Part shown: piece after piece, positions 43,681 to 61,395 of the stretch
How the letters are laid out: every line of letters begins with the position of its first letter
Numbering within the stretch: position 1 is the stretch's first letter
NCBI RefSeq assembly: GCF_009914755.1
Contig: NC_060927.1
Reading direction: 5' to 3' (one strand)
Source: the human T2T-CHM13v2.0 reference genome, Homo sapiens
DNA length: 64,000 nt
Program-made: the position numbers and the translations under genes
Notes under the pieces: generated by a model
Told to the model about the DNA's origin: nothing
Seen by the model: the letters and a program-made list of their open reading frames with translations, nothing else
Databases searched by the model: none

Positions 43681-45362
43681 GGGAAAGGACATAGTGGGCA
43701 GGGGAACCCATGAAGAGATGGTTCAAGGCAAACGTAGTACAACTCAGGGCATTTAGAATGTAGCTACATTTGGAACAGCATCTCTCACATCTTCTCCTGT
43801 CTTCCAGATGTTACTGAGTTGTTACCTTCTCATTCATAGCAGTTCAGCAATGAAGATTTAATTGAAATGTAAGAAAAAGGGTCCATTGGACAGTCACCAT
43901 GGCAACTGCCCCTCCCACAATATTTACCATTCAAAGGCTTCTGCAGGCATTCATGTACAACCAATTAGCAAAGAAAGATTCCAGATTCACAACCCTAATT
44001 TTGAATGCAGTTTGAAGGTGCTTAGAGACATAAAGAATGCCTGTGCTTTCTATAGGGAGATTACTAGGAAAAGAATTGTCTTCAGTTCCAGCTTCTGTGG
44101 CAAGATGATTTGTTCAGACATTAGAGTATATTTTGTTTTTAGTGTAATTTTTCTTCCATTTCCACCATCTGCTGAGGGTTGCCAGCCCACAGTGCTTGCT
44201 GGTCTCAAGAGTGGTTTATATTCCTGGGCATAAGGCAGAAACTGCTTAAAGATCATCTCTAGTCTTGCCCTTAGTGAAAGCTCAAGCTCACTGAAGAGTT
44301 TTAAACTATAAATCTAAGTGGGGAGGGGCATGGCGAGGAGAAGCCAATTCTCTTTGGAGGCAAGAGGAGGAGTGAGCGAAAGCAGGAGATGCTCTGCAAA
44401 GAGGGCAGACCTGTAACCACTGCTGAAAACATCTAGGTTGGTGACAGAACCTGGTCGTGATGGCTGGAGCTCTTCAGGAAGTGCAGCCCTAGGCACTGGG
44501 ATTCCCGGTCCTAACAAAAAATCCCAGTCTCAACGGCAGAAAAGACCAGTGGCTCGCCCACTTCCACAGGACCATATTTCTGACACCCTAAGGCATCTCA
44601 GCCCTAACCACTATGGCCTGAGGATTGTTGGTGCTTCCAGGCATATAACCCCTGGGATACATGAGTGACTTTATGGTATATTAGAGTGTCAGAAGAATCT
44701 TAACAGTAACTGAAGTTACGTTTTCTATCATTTTAGCTGGCCAAGAGCTTGAAATTATTTTTATTTTTAATAATGCGACATCCAATTTGACACATCAGTT
44801 TGTGGATTAAAATTTACATCCAGCGCACGTTTTTAGACTAGTATTGTTAAGAAGCCTCAGCCAGTTCAGCTCCTAACAAAAATCCTACCACACACACACA
44901 CAAAGCACATTTGTGACATGGTTTTTATATTGTTTTTATTTTGCCCACTTAGTACTTTACAAACACATTTTGCTTTATTTCTTTTAATGTATTTTCATGA
45001 TCAATTATAGAACTTTTATGGGAGAAAATAGGTTTCCTGAAAAGATACTTTGGTTATGACTTTTCATCAGTAGGGATTAAGTGTTAAGTATTTTGAAGTC
45101 TGACTTGTCATATTCGCCAGTTAGTTCAAATCAAGGATGGCCTGGATGGTTCTCTACTGCCCTCCAGTGGGAAAGCTAGATGGAGGTCAAAGCATTTTTG
45201 AAATGGAAAATGGACTGGTTTATGTGTCTCTAATATTGGGACGTAAAATATATAGACAGAAGGAGATAAAAGAACTGAAGGATGTTTTCTTCTCAGTGTG
45301 TTCAGAAATAAGTGAACTGTTGAACAATGAACCATTCAGCACCATGACTTCTTACAACTTCA

Positions 45363-45749
<387 letters not shown>

Positions 45750-46889
45750 AAAATGGAGGTCTTTCTGCCAGGACAAAAATAGTACACAACTTTGAACTTA
45801 AACATTTTAAGCATTCTGAGTCTCTATGTATACTTATATAATCTTGCTTTACTTCTGTATAATTATTTAATTATGATCTTCTAGTCTATTATATATCATA
45901 ACACCCTTATTTCTTCAAAGAAGACTATTAAAGGGCTATGAAGAAATTATGCGGCTTCTTAGTTTCTCCGTGAATCTGATTAATATCCGTGATAGGCTTG
46001 CATTAAAAAGTTTATTTTGTTTACAGAAAAAGTTTGCCAAACCCTGCTAAGTCAGAATTCCCACCACATTTGCATCCTGCTTTAACCAACTGATAGATAT
46101 ATTTTACAGTGAAGGAAAAACTTAGAAAAAGTACATTTTACTAACATAAAAACAAACAAAAAAAAACCAAAAATGGTTATACAAAAGGAGTGGATTAATC
46201 TCTGAATACTGACTGATTCTTACGTGCTCATTTCCCCCTGTACTTCTAAATATACTTCTAGAACTGATGTGTTTAAAACAGATTGATGTCTGTGTCAGGA
46301 GCAGGGCAATAAAATAAACTCAGTTGCTCAAAAAATTAGTTTATTTAGCATTTCTGCATTATTTAAATGAGTCTTATTCTATTCTTTTAAAAATCTGTCT
46401 TTAAAATATCCAAATTAACATATTAATCACTAACAGACAGTGGTGGTTATAAATAAAGGCTCTAATTATGTTGCATTTTTAAATATATTTTCAAAATATA
46501 TTAATTCCTCTTGAACAAACAAAAAATATGAAAACACTCACCGCTCCCCTCTGGTAAACAAGATGCCAACTCTAGGGTACGGTGGAAAGACATACTGGAT
46601 ACTTTCACTGTGTTCAGCAAATGGATTGAACATGGAGCCAAAAACATGCGAAGCACTGGGACAATCTGAAAACAACAACAACAACAAAAAAAACAAGCTT
46701 TATCATTTCACAAGACCTTTTCCAGGTTGTAAAAGCAAGAGAGGAGGCAAGAAAAACAGAAAATTTCAAACTGATTTGAAAATTTTTAAAAAGTGATAGA
46801 GCCTGTATTACATAAAACTTATGAGACAGTTGACTCTAGGAAATTATAACACTTTGCCAATGTTTCCTGGGCAAGCTGATTATTAAAAA

Positions 46890-47440
<551 letters not shown>

Positions 47441-48044
47441 TTCTAAAACTCTTATTTACTTTTTATATTTACTTTTTATATTTACTACATTTTTGTTTAT
47501 TAGACATGTGAGGTTTCTTTCCAGATGTTAAACTTTTTTCATGTACAATCTACATTTTATTGCACAAAAATGCTTAAAACAAAGATTCGAGACTCAAAGA
47601 GAACAGAACTACAATATACCTCAGAAGTACCTTGTGAGAAAAGCATTGTTATTACTATTTTACAGATTAGTTAAGACCTTGGGGGCTTGGAGAGATAATG
47701 TGAATTCTCAAAGGGCAAAGGCTGACCTAGGACTTGAACCACATCATGTGAATAACTTCAGGTGTGTAAGATTGACTTGAGAATATTCCTTAGGTCATGG
47801 CACATGGCTATCATTAGGCATTCACAGGGAATCTGAGAGATTATATGAACACATCACAGTACAGCTGGCCCTCAATATCCATGGGTTCCACATCTGTGGA
47901 TTCAAGCAACTGCAAATAAAAAATATTTGAAAAAAACTCAAGAGTTTTTTTCTTGTTATTGCCTAAACAATATAGTAGAACTACTATTTACATAGCATTT
48001 ACATTGTATTGGGTATAAGTAATCTAGAGATAATTAAAAGTATA

Positions 48045-48350
<306 letters not shown>

Positions 48351-49725
48351 CTATACAGGAGGCAACAAAATACCAGCAAATAGAATTCATCAGCACATTA
48401 AAAAGATCGTTCATTATGACCAAGTGGAATTCAGCCCAGAGATGCAAGGACGGTTCAACATATACAAATTAATTAAGGTGATACAACATATTAACAGAAT
48501 AAAGGACAAAAATCATATGATCATTTCAATTGATGCTGAGAAAGCATTTGATAAAATCCAACATCCCTTCATGATAAAAAAAAATCCTCAAAGAACTGGA
48601 CATAGAAGGAACATATCTCAACACAGTAAAAGCCATATACAACAGACCTATGTCAGTATCAGACTAAATGCAGAAGAACTGAAAGTCTTTCCTCGAAGAT
48701 CTGGAACACAACAAAGATGTCCACTTTCATCACTGTTATTGAATATTTTAATAGTAGTCAGTGTCCTAGCTAGAGCAACCCAGTAAGAGAAATAAATAAA
48801 AGGCATACAAATTGGAAAGAAAGAAGTCAAATTATCTTTGTTTGCAGATATGATCTTACATTGGGAAAAACTTAAAGACTCTATCAAAAAACTATTAGAA
48901 CTGATAAACAAATTCAGTAGAGTTGCAGGATATAAAAATCAACATAAAAAATCAGTAGCATTCCTGTATGTCAATAGTGAACAATCTGAAGGAAGGTAAT
49001 TCTATTTACAATAACAACAAATCAAATAAAAACCAAGAATAAACTTAATCAAAAAAGTAAAAGATCTCTATAATGAAAACTATAAAATGTTGATAAAGGA
49101 AATTGAAGCAGACACACAAAAAATAGAAAGATATACCATGTTCATGGATTGGAAGAATTAATATTGTTAAAATGTCCATACCACCAAAAGCAATCTACAG
49201 ACTCAATGCAATCCCTATGAAAATAACAATAACATTCTTCACAGAAATAAAAAAAAATCCTAAAATTTATACGGAACCATGAAAGGCCCAGAATAGCCAA
49301 AGCCATCCTAAGCAGAAAGAACAAAACTGAAGGAATCACATTACCTGACTTCAAATTATATTACAGAGCCATAGTAACAAAAACAGTATGGTACTGACAC
49401 AAAAACAGACACACAGACCAAGGGAACAGAATAGAGAATCCAGAAATAAATCCATACATCTACAATGAACTCACTTTTGATAAAGGTGCCAAGTACATAC
49501 ACTGGGGAAAGGACAGTCTCTTCAGTAAATGGTGCTGGGAAAACTGGATATCCATATGCAAAAGAATGAAACTAGGCCCCTATCTCTTGCCGTATATAAA
49601 AATCAAATCAAAATGGATTAAGGACTTAAATCTAAGACCTCAAACTATGAAACAACTAAAGGAAAACATTGAGGAAACTCTCCAGGACATTAGTCTGGGC
49701 AAAATTTTTTCTTTTTTCTTTTTTT

Positions 49726-50292
<567 letters not shown>

Positions 50293-50309
50293 CACTCAGC
50301 AGATTTCTT

Positions 50310-50606
50310 TTTATTTTTTTTTAGAGACAGAGTCTCACTCCGTAGCCCAGGCTGGAGTGCAATGGCACAATATCAGCTCACTGCAACCTCCGCCTCCCAG
50401 GTTCAAGAGATTCTCACGCCTCAGGCCTCCCAAGTAGCTGGGATTATAGCCATGCCCCACCACATCTGGCTAATTTATGTATTTTTAGTAGAGACGGGAT
50501 TTTGCCATGTTGGCCAGGCTGATCTCAAACTCCTGGCCTCAAGTGATCTACCCGCCTCGGCCTCCTAAAGTGCTGAGATTACAGGCAAGAGCCACCACAC
50601 CTGGCC
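50310..50606 (-). mobile_element. AluS
   Basis: TSD AGCAGATTTCTT. Confidence 0.95.
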
Positions 50607-52279
50607 AAGCAGATTTCTTGAGTAATATCCCAAAAGCACAGACAATCAAAGAAAATGGATAAGTGGGATCACGTCAAGCTAAAAAGCTTCTGCACAGCAA
50701 AGGAAATAATCAACAAAGTGAAGAGAGAATACATAGAACGGGAAAAAATATTTGCAAACTATCCATCTGACAAGTGGTTAATAACCAGAATATATAAGGA
50801 ACACAAACAACTCTGTAAGAAAAAATCTAATAATCCAATTAAAAATGGGCAAAAGATCTGAATAGATATTTCTCAAAAGAAGACATACGAATGAAAAGGT
50901 GCCCAACATCACTGATCATCAAAGAAATGCAGATCAAAACTATATTATCTCACCCCAGTTAAAATGGCTTTTATCCAAAAGACAGGCAATAACAAATGCT
51001 AGTGGAGAAAAGGGAACCCTCATATACTGTTAGTGGGAATGTAAATTAGTACAGCCACTCTGGAGAACAGTATAGAAGTTCCCTCAAGAAACTGAAAATA
51101 GAACTACTATACGATCCAGCAATCCCACTGCTAGGTATATAGCCAAAAGAAAGGAAATCAGTATATTGAAGAGATATCTGCACTCTCATGTTTATTGCAG
51201 CTCTACTCATAATAGCCAAGATTTGGAATCAACCTAAGTGTTCATCAACAGACAAGTGGATAAAGAAAATGTGGCACGTGTATACGATAGAGTACTATTC
51301 AGCTACAAAAAGGAATGAGATCGTGTCATTTGCAACAACGTGGATGGAACTGGAGGACGTTATGTTAAGTGAAATAAGCCAGGCATAGAAAAACAAACTT
51401 TGCATGTTATTACTAATTTGTAGGAAGTAAAAATTAAAACAATTGAACTCATGGAGATAGAGTAAAATGATGGTTACTAAAAGCTGTGAAGGGTAGTGGT
51501 GGGGGTCAGGGAAGTGGGTATCATTAATGGGTACAAAAATATAGTTAGATAGAATGAATAAAACCTAGTATTTGATAGCACAAGAAGGTGACTACAGTCA
51601 TTTATAATTTGTTGTATGTTTTAGAATAACTAAGGGAGTACAATTGGAATGTTTGTAACGCAAAGAAATATGAATGTTTCAGGTAATAGATACGCCATAT
51701 ACCCTGATGTGATTATTGCACATTGTATGCCTCTATCAAAGTATCTCATGTACCTCATAAATATATATACATCTACTATATACCTATAAAATTAAAAATA
51801 AAAAAAATTAAACTGTACAGGAGGATGTGCTTAGGTTATATGCAAACACTATCCCATTTTATATCAGAGACTAGAGTATACTTGGATTTTGGTATCAGAG
51901 GAGGTCCTGGAACAAATCCCCCATAGATATTGAGGGATGACTGTACTTATAATGGGGGATAGAAATGAGAATGGGAGCCGAAAATAAAGAAGGATGTTAA
52001 ACCTTTCATATTATCTAGGAGTTTTGGCAGAAGTCTTAAAAGCTGAAAACAATGTAATAGGTGTCAAGGCTTCTTACATTTTGAATAACGAAACCAATCT
52101 TTTCATAAAGAAAATGCTAAAAAGATTGTTAAAGGAATTCTGCCAGGACAAGCCTCCTAGCAATTTTGTAAGAGAAGGCAAAGAATTAAATGGTAGATTG
52201 AAGAGGGTGATGGTAAGAATATCTTTGTGAGAGCTGTGAAGGCGCTGTGACATTTCCACTCCCCATGAGGAAGAGAAGG

Positions 52280-52450
52280 TGTATTAGTTATCTTTTGTTG
52301 CAATGCAAATTATCCCACAACTTAGCCACTTAAAACAATAATAAACATTTATTGTTTCACACAGTTTCTGTAGTTCAGGAATTCAGGAGCAGTTTAGGTG
52401 GTTGGTTGTAGCTCAGAGTTTCATGAGGTTGCAGTCAAGATGTTATCTGA
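52280..52450 (-). mobile_element. MLT1 LTR 3' fragment
   Basis: TGTATTAGTTATC..CTTAAAACAATAATAAACATTTATT..CATGAGGTTGCAGTCAAGATG. Confidence 0.75.
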
Positions 52451-52859
52451 TTAGTCAAGCTGAGGTTACATGAACATACTTTAACTATAGAAGTGAGTAA
52501 CTATCCTCATTTTCTATAGTGGGAGTATTGCTCACCACAACCAAGACACATACAGTGAGGAATTCCACACACATAGAAAGAGGGCTCAGATGATAAACAG
52601 CAGAAAATAAAACCACAAAAATGTCAAACACAAAGTCATCCCTTTGGTTGCCCAACACCAATATAACCATTGCTTCCAATGTTTACATTTCAAAAAAGTG
52701 TTGCCACTTAAAATATTGCAATTTTCCTTTATACAATCAAAGATGCACTCACACTGTCACTCTCCAAGGAAGTCAATCCAATGTGTCATCAGTTACCACA
52801 TCCATCAACCCAATTCCAAGTCTAGAACCATCCATCACCAAGTCTAGTTGGTGGCCATT

Positions 52860-53503
52860 CTTCTTCAAGTTCTGTACTGATTTCGTATCCACATTCTGAT
52901 ACTTATGGACTAAATAATGAAGTTTACAACAGTATCACACCCTACATACAATAGTGAAGTATAAAGGCTAAAGAAAAGTGAAAACACATAAAAGAATACA
53001 TGAAACATTAAAAAATACATAAACAAGATGACAACTCTCATTTCTTCCCCTGATCATAAGGCCTTCCCTCCATTTATGACTTCCTTTCTCTACTAGCGAT
53101 TCCATGTTCCTTTTACTTTCAGCCAATACCTTCATTTCTAAGGGATCCAAGCATTTGGTAGATCTATCTGTTTAAAGATATACCAGCAGAACTATTTTTT
53201 TTGCTTGATGATAAGTTTAATAACATCAATCAATACCATAACCTTCTTCCTCTCTTTCACCTTCTTCTTCTCTTGCTTATCCAATGATAGATGACATGGA
53301 AAATGGTCAGATGGCAGTCTCAGCTCCAAATCAAAGAAATCATTGTTTAGCCCTTGCTGGAGGAACTCCTTTCTTTAGAAACAAACCTCTAAAACCACCG
53401 AAGCCCAGAATTTCAGAGAATGGAAGTCTAAAAAATTGTTTTAAGTGGGTCATTAGGTATAATATCCCTTTGTTTCTGAATCTATTTATTTTGCCTATGG
53501 CAG
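52860..53503 (-). pseudogene. ERVL pol 3' remnant; continues at 63296
   Basis: ORF 52968-53150 DPLEMKVLAESKRNMESLVEKGSHK resembles the ERVL pol C-terminus. Confidence 0.65.
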
Positions 53504-54958
53504 TGTGATGGTTTTAAAATACATCCACAAACACACAATGAACCCTCTCCTGCAGACTCCCTGGGACCTAAGCTGTCACGGCATGGTACCATTTTGGGAA
53601 AGAAGCCACTGCTGAAGTACATCCTGCCCCAGGATCCAATGGCCCTATGTCTCCAATATCCCTGGGGCCCTGCGGTCATTCCACCATGCCCATACAGAAG
53701 ACTGAGTGCCAGTATCCCAGCCAGACCTAGCAGTAGAGCCATGACTCTAGCACTAAAGCCCACATAGCACTCTGTGCTCCAGGAAGCAGGTAGTCCAGCA
53801 CAGTAAGGAGGTCACCCTCAGGAGTGAGGAAGCCAATGTGCCTGGCCAGCCACCTGGTACCCACCGCTGCCAGCAACCCTATCCCCTCCAGTGATGAGGC
53901 TGCCTTATGCATGGGCACCCCTAGAGACCAAAGATCAGCCCACCTAGAGGCTGTCACCACTGGAGACCCTGCCCCCTCCAGTGGCAGAGCTACCATGTAC
54001 CTGAAACAGTTCCCAGGGACCAAGGACCTGCCCACTTAGCACCCACTGCTGCCAGCAACCCTGCCCCATCCAGTGATGGAGATATAGCATGTGTACATGT
54101 CCGCCAAGGGCTGAGGACTGGTCTACCTAGCACACACCACCTCTGCTAACCCCACCCCCTCTAGAGGTAGAGACATCACGTGCTGTGTTCCTCAGGGCTG
54201 GTGCCCACCTGGTGCCCACCACAGCTGGCAATGGCATCCTATAATCAGTAAAGCTGTTGTTCCAGGCAAGCACCCTCCCATAATCCAAGAACTGGCCACC
54301 AATGGACACTTACCACCAGCAAAACTACACTATAGCCTCCATAAATGTCAACAGTCTATGCCACTGTGGCACTCAAATACTGCTCATGCTGTTAAAAATC
54401 ACACAGAGACTACATAACTGTTATTGCTTCTCAGCCTTTTGTCTAAGATCGAGTGTGGAGATTATACTACTGCACCCACTCAGAACCAAAGCCAAAGCAC
54501 CTTATGCAATCAACACTACAGGTCACAACTACAGGAAAAAAGTCTTTCCCAATGAAAGCTACTCCATGAAATTGGAAGAGGTGACTATTTTACCAGATGC
54601 ACAGAAATCAACATAGGAACACAAGAAACATAAGAAAACAAGGAAACACGACACTGCCAAAGGAACACAATAATTCTCCAGTAACACATTCCCCAAAATG
54701 AAAGCTATCAGATGCCTAAAAAGGAATTGAAACTAATGAGCCTAAGGAACCTCAGCAAGATACAGGATAAATACAGACATACAAATGAAATCAGGAAAAC
54801 ATTAATGCTCTGAATGAGAAATTCAACAAAGAAACATATATTATTTTTTTAAAAGAACCAAACAGAAATCTTGAAGCTAAAAGATTCTGCTAATGAAATA
54901 AAAAATACAATAGAGAGCTTCAATAACAGACTAGATCAAGAAGAAAATAATTTCTGAA

Positions 54959-55332
<374 letters not shown>

Positions 55333-56149
55333 TCAAAAAGAATAAAGAAAGCCTACAGTACTTACAGGACATCATTAAGCAAACAAATATTCACATTCTG
55401 AATGTTTAAGAAGGAAATGAGATGAAAAAGGAATAGAAAACCTATTTGATGAAATAATCACTGAAACCCTTCTAAGACTTTGGAGACATATGGACATTGA
55501 CATCCAGGAAGCTAAAAAATCTTCAAATATAGTCAACCCAAAAAAGTCCTCTCTGAAGCACATTATAATCAAATTGTCAAAAGTCAAAGACAAAGAGAGA
55601 ATTTTTAAAACAGCAAGAAAAAAATGTCAAGTCACATATATGAAAATCCCCATTAGACTAACAGCATTTTTCTCAGCAGAAACCTTACAGGCCGGGAGAG
55701 AATGGGATGATATATTCAAAGTGCTGTAAGAAAAAAACTGCCAAGCAAGAATATCAAACCCAATAAAACTGCCCTTCAGAAATGAGGAAGAAATAAAATT
55801 TTCCCCAAACTAAAACTGAGGAAATTCATCACCCTAGACCATCCTTACAAGAAATACTTAAGGGAGTCCTACATCTGGAAGCAAAAGGATGATAACCACC
55901 ATCATGAAAACACAAAAGTACAAAACTAACTGATTGAAAAGATACACAAATGAGAAAGAAAAATAAACTTTATCACTGCAAAGATAAATTAGAGAAAGAA
56001 AAGAACAAAGAATTTCAAAACAACTAGAAAACAATTAACAATATGACAGAAAAAATATCATATTTCAATAATAACCTTGAATGTAAATGGATTAAATTTC
56101 CCAATTAAACAATATAGACTGGCTGAATGGATTAAAAAAACAAGACCCA

Positions 56150-56448
56150 GGCCGGCACAGTGGCTCATGCCTGTAATCCCAGCACTTTGGGAGGCTGAGG
56201 CAGGAGGATCACTTAAAGTCAGGAGTTTGAGACAAGCCTGGCCAACATGGTGAAACCCTGTCCCCACCAAAAATATAAAAATTATCTGGGCGTGGTGGTA
56301 GGCGCCTGTAGTCCCAGGTACTCAGGAGGCCAAGGCAGGAATATCGCTTGAACCCAGCAGGTAGAGGCTGCAGTGAGCCAAGATTGTGCCACTGCACTCC
56401 AGCCTGAGAGACAGAGCAAGACTCCATCTCCAAAAAAACCCAAACAAA
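56150..56448 (+). mobile_element. AluS
   Basis: Full dimer in the L1 EN region. Confidence 0.95.
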
Positions 56449-56539
56449 CCAAGAGCCTATTCTGCCTATAAGAAACTCACTTCACTTGTAAAGACACACA
56501 TAGACTGAAAGTGAAAAAATATAAAAAAGAAATCCCAAT

Positions 56540-58185
<1,646 letters not shown>

Positions 58186-60139
58186 CCAAATGTAAACGCA
58201 AACAGAAACCAAAAACAAGCAAGAGTTTTTTACTTTAAGTCAAAGACTGTAAAAAGAGAAAAAGAATGTCATTATATAATAATAAAGGGATCAATTCAGT
58301 AAAAGGGTGTAACAATTTTAAATATATATACACCCAGATATATAAAGCAAATATCATTAGATCTAAAGGGAAGACAGACTCCAATACAATTAAGTTGGGG
58401 ATTTCAATACCTTTGACCAGATAATGTAGACAGAAAATCAACCAAGAAACATCAGATTTAAACGGCAATATAGACCAAATGGACCTAACAGACATTTACA
58501 GAACATTTTTTCTAACAGCTGCAGAATACACATTCTTTTCATCAGCTTATAGAACATCCTCCAAGATAGACCATATGTTAGCCCTCAAAACAAGTCTCAA
58601 CACATTTTTTAAAATCAAAACCATATCAAGTATCTTTTCTGACTACAATGAAATAAAACTAGAAATCAATAATAACAGAAACTTCGAAACTGTGCAAATA
58701 CATATAAATTAAATAACATGCTCCTGAATGATAAATATGTCAATGAAGAAATTAAGAAGGACATTTAAAAATTAATTGAAACAAATGAAAACAGAAACAC
58801 AACATACCAAAACCAATGGGACACATCAAAAGCATTACTAAGAGGAATGTTTATAACAATAAATGCCTACATCAAAAAAAGCAGAAAGATTACAAATAAA
58901 CAAACTAATGATGCACGTCAAGGAACTACAAAAACAAGAACCAACGAAACTCAAAATTAGCATAAGGAAAGAAATAATAAAGATTAGAGCAGAAATAATG
59001 AAATCGAGACAAAAAATACAAATCAACAAAACAAAAAGTTTTTTGAAAAGATAATATCCACAAACCACTAGCTAGAGTAATTTTAAAAAAAGAGAGCAAC
59101 AACCCAAATAAATAAAATCAGAAATGAAAAAAAACAACTGTTACCACAGGAATACAAAAGATCATTAGAGACTATTATGAACAACTATATGCCAACAAGA
59201 TGAAAAGCCTAGAGGAAATGAATTCCTGGACACACGCAACCTACCAAAATTGGATCGGGAAGAAATAGAAAACCTGAACAAATCAATAACAAGTAATGAG
59301 ATTGTGGGAGAAATAAAAAGTCTCCCAACAAAGAAAAGCCTAGGACCATGGCTTCAATGCTGAGTTGCACCAGGCATTTAAATAACTAACACCAATTCCT
59401 CTCAAATTATTCCAAAAAATTGAAGGGGAGGGAATTCTTCCAAACTCATTCTACAACCCCAACACTACCCTAATGCCAAAACCAGGCAAAAACACAACAA
59501 AAAAAGAAAGCTACAGGTCAATATCCCTGATGAACATAGATATAAAAATTCTCAACAAAATATTAGCAAACCAGATCCAACAACACATCAAAAGGATTAC
59601 ACATGATGATCAAGTAGATTTATTTCAGGGATGCAAGGATGATTCAACATATGCAAATCAATAAACAAAAGATACATCACATCAGCAGAATCAAGGACAA
59701 AAACCAAACGATCATCTTAATCAATGCAGAAAAGGCATTCGATAAAATTCAACATCCTTTCATGATAAAAACTCTCAACAAAGGAAGTATAAAAAGAACA
59801 TACCTCAACACAATAAAGGCCATATATGACAAACCCACAGCTAGTATCATCTTAAACAGGAGAAAATTGAAAACTCTTCCTCTAAAAACTGGAACAAGAC
59901 AAAGATACCCACTTTCACCACTCTTATTCAACATAGTATGGAGAATGCTAGCTAGAGCATTTAGGCAAGATTAAAGAATAAAGGGCATCTAAGCTGGAAA
60001 GGAAGTGTCAAATTGTCACTGTTTGCAGATGATATGATCTTATATATAGAAAACTTAAAGACTTCATCAAAAAATTCTCAGAACTGATAAAGAAATTCAT
60101 AAAGTTGTAGGATATAAAATCAATATACAAAACAGTAGC

Positions 60140-60495
60140 GGCCAGGCACAGTGTCTCACTCCTGTAATCCCAACACTTTGGGGGGCCTAAGCAGGAGGAA
60201 CACTTGAGGCCAAGAGTTCAAGATCAGCCTGGCCAACAGGGCAAAACCCTGTCTGTACTAAAAATACAAAAATTAGCTGGGCGTGGTGGCACGGGCCTGT
60301 AATCTCAGCTACTCAGGAAGCTGGGGCATGAGAATCACTTGAATCTGGGAGGTGGAGGTTGCAGTGAGCCGAGATCAGGCCACTGCACTCCAGCCTGGGC
60401 AACAGAGTGAGACTCTGTCTCAAAAAGAAAGGACAGAAGCAAGGAAGGAAGGAAGGGAGGGAGGAAGGGAGGGAGGGAGGGAGGGAGGGAATGAA
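60140..60495 (+). mobile_element. AluS with (GGAA/GGGA)n tail
   Basis: Full dimer; no TSD seen. Confidence 0.94.
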
Positions 60496-60893
60496 GGAAA
60501 TTATAAAACTCTGATGAAATAAATTGAAGAGGACATACACAAAAATGGAAAGACATCCATGTTCATATACTGAATTAATATTGTTAAAATGACCAAACTA
60601 CCCAAAGTGATCTACAGATTAAATGGAATCCCTATCAAAATACCAATGACATTCTTCATAGAAATAGAAAAAATAATCCTAAAATTCATATGGAACTACA
60701 AACGACCCCAAATAGCCAAAGCAATCCTGAGCAAAAAGAACAAAATTGGAGGCATCACACTAACCTCAAAATATACCATACAAAGCTACACTAAACAAAA
60801 CAGCATAGTACTGGCATTAAAAAAGACACATCAACCAATGGAACAGAATAGAGAACCCAGAAATAAATCCATGTATTTATAGCCAACTAATGG

Positions 60894-61182
60894 TTTTTTT
60901 GAAACAGGGTCTTGCTCTGTCACCCAGACTGAAGTGCAATGATGTGATCTCTGCTCACTGCAGCCTCAACCTCCTAGGCTCAAGCAATCCTCCCACTTTA
61001 GCCTCTTGAGTAGCTAGGACTACAGGCATGCACCACCATGCCCGGTTAATTTTTGTATTTTTTGATAAAGACTGGTTTTGCCATGTTGCCCTGTTTGGTC
61101 TTGAATTCCTGGGCTCAAGCGATCCACACACCTCAGCCTCCCAGAGTGCTGGGATTATAGGTGTGAGCCATTGCACACAGCC
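60894..61182 (-). mobile_element. AluJ
   Basis: AluJ diagnostics CTGCAGCCTCAACCTCCTAGGCTCAAG. Confidence 0.94.
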
Positions 61183-61231
61183 CCCCACCCCCCACCCCCA
61201 CCCCCATCCCCCCACCCCCACCCCCACCCCC
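61181..61231. repeat. (CCCCCA)n C-rich repeat
   Basis: Directly visible. Confidence 0.95.
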
Positions 61232-61395
61232 TTTTTTTTTTTTAAGACTGGGTCTTGCTATGTTTCCCAGGCTGGAGTGCAGTGACTATTCACAATTGTA
61301 GTATACTGCAGGCCTCAAACTCCTGGGCTTAAGCAATCCTCATATATCAGCCTTCCAAGTAGCTGGGACTACAGGCATGTACCACCATGCCTGGC
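61232..61395 (-). mobile_element. FAM (fossil Alu monomer)
   Basis: Monomer with 7SL-like GTGACTATTCACA segment. Confidence 0.82.

Noticed and set aside
43862-44668. 123-aa and 76-aa ORFs in unique sequence
   Set aside because: Non-ATG starts and no homology that I can recognise.
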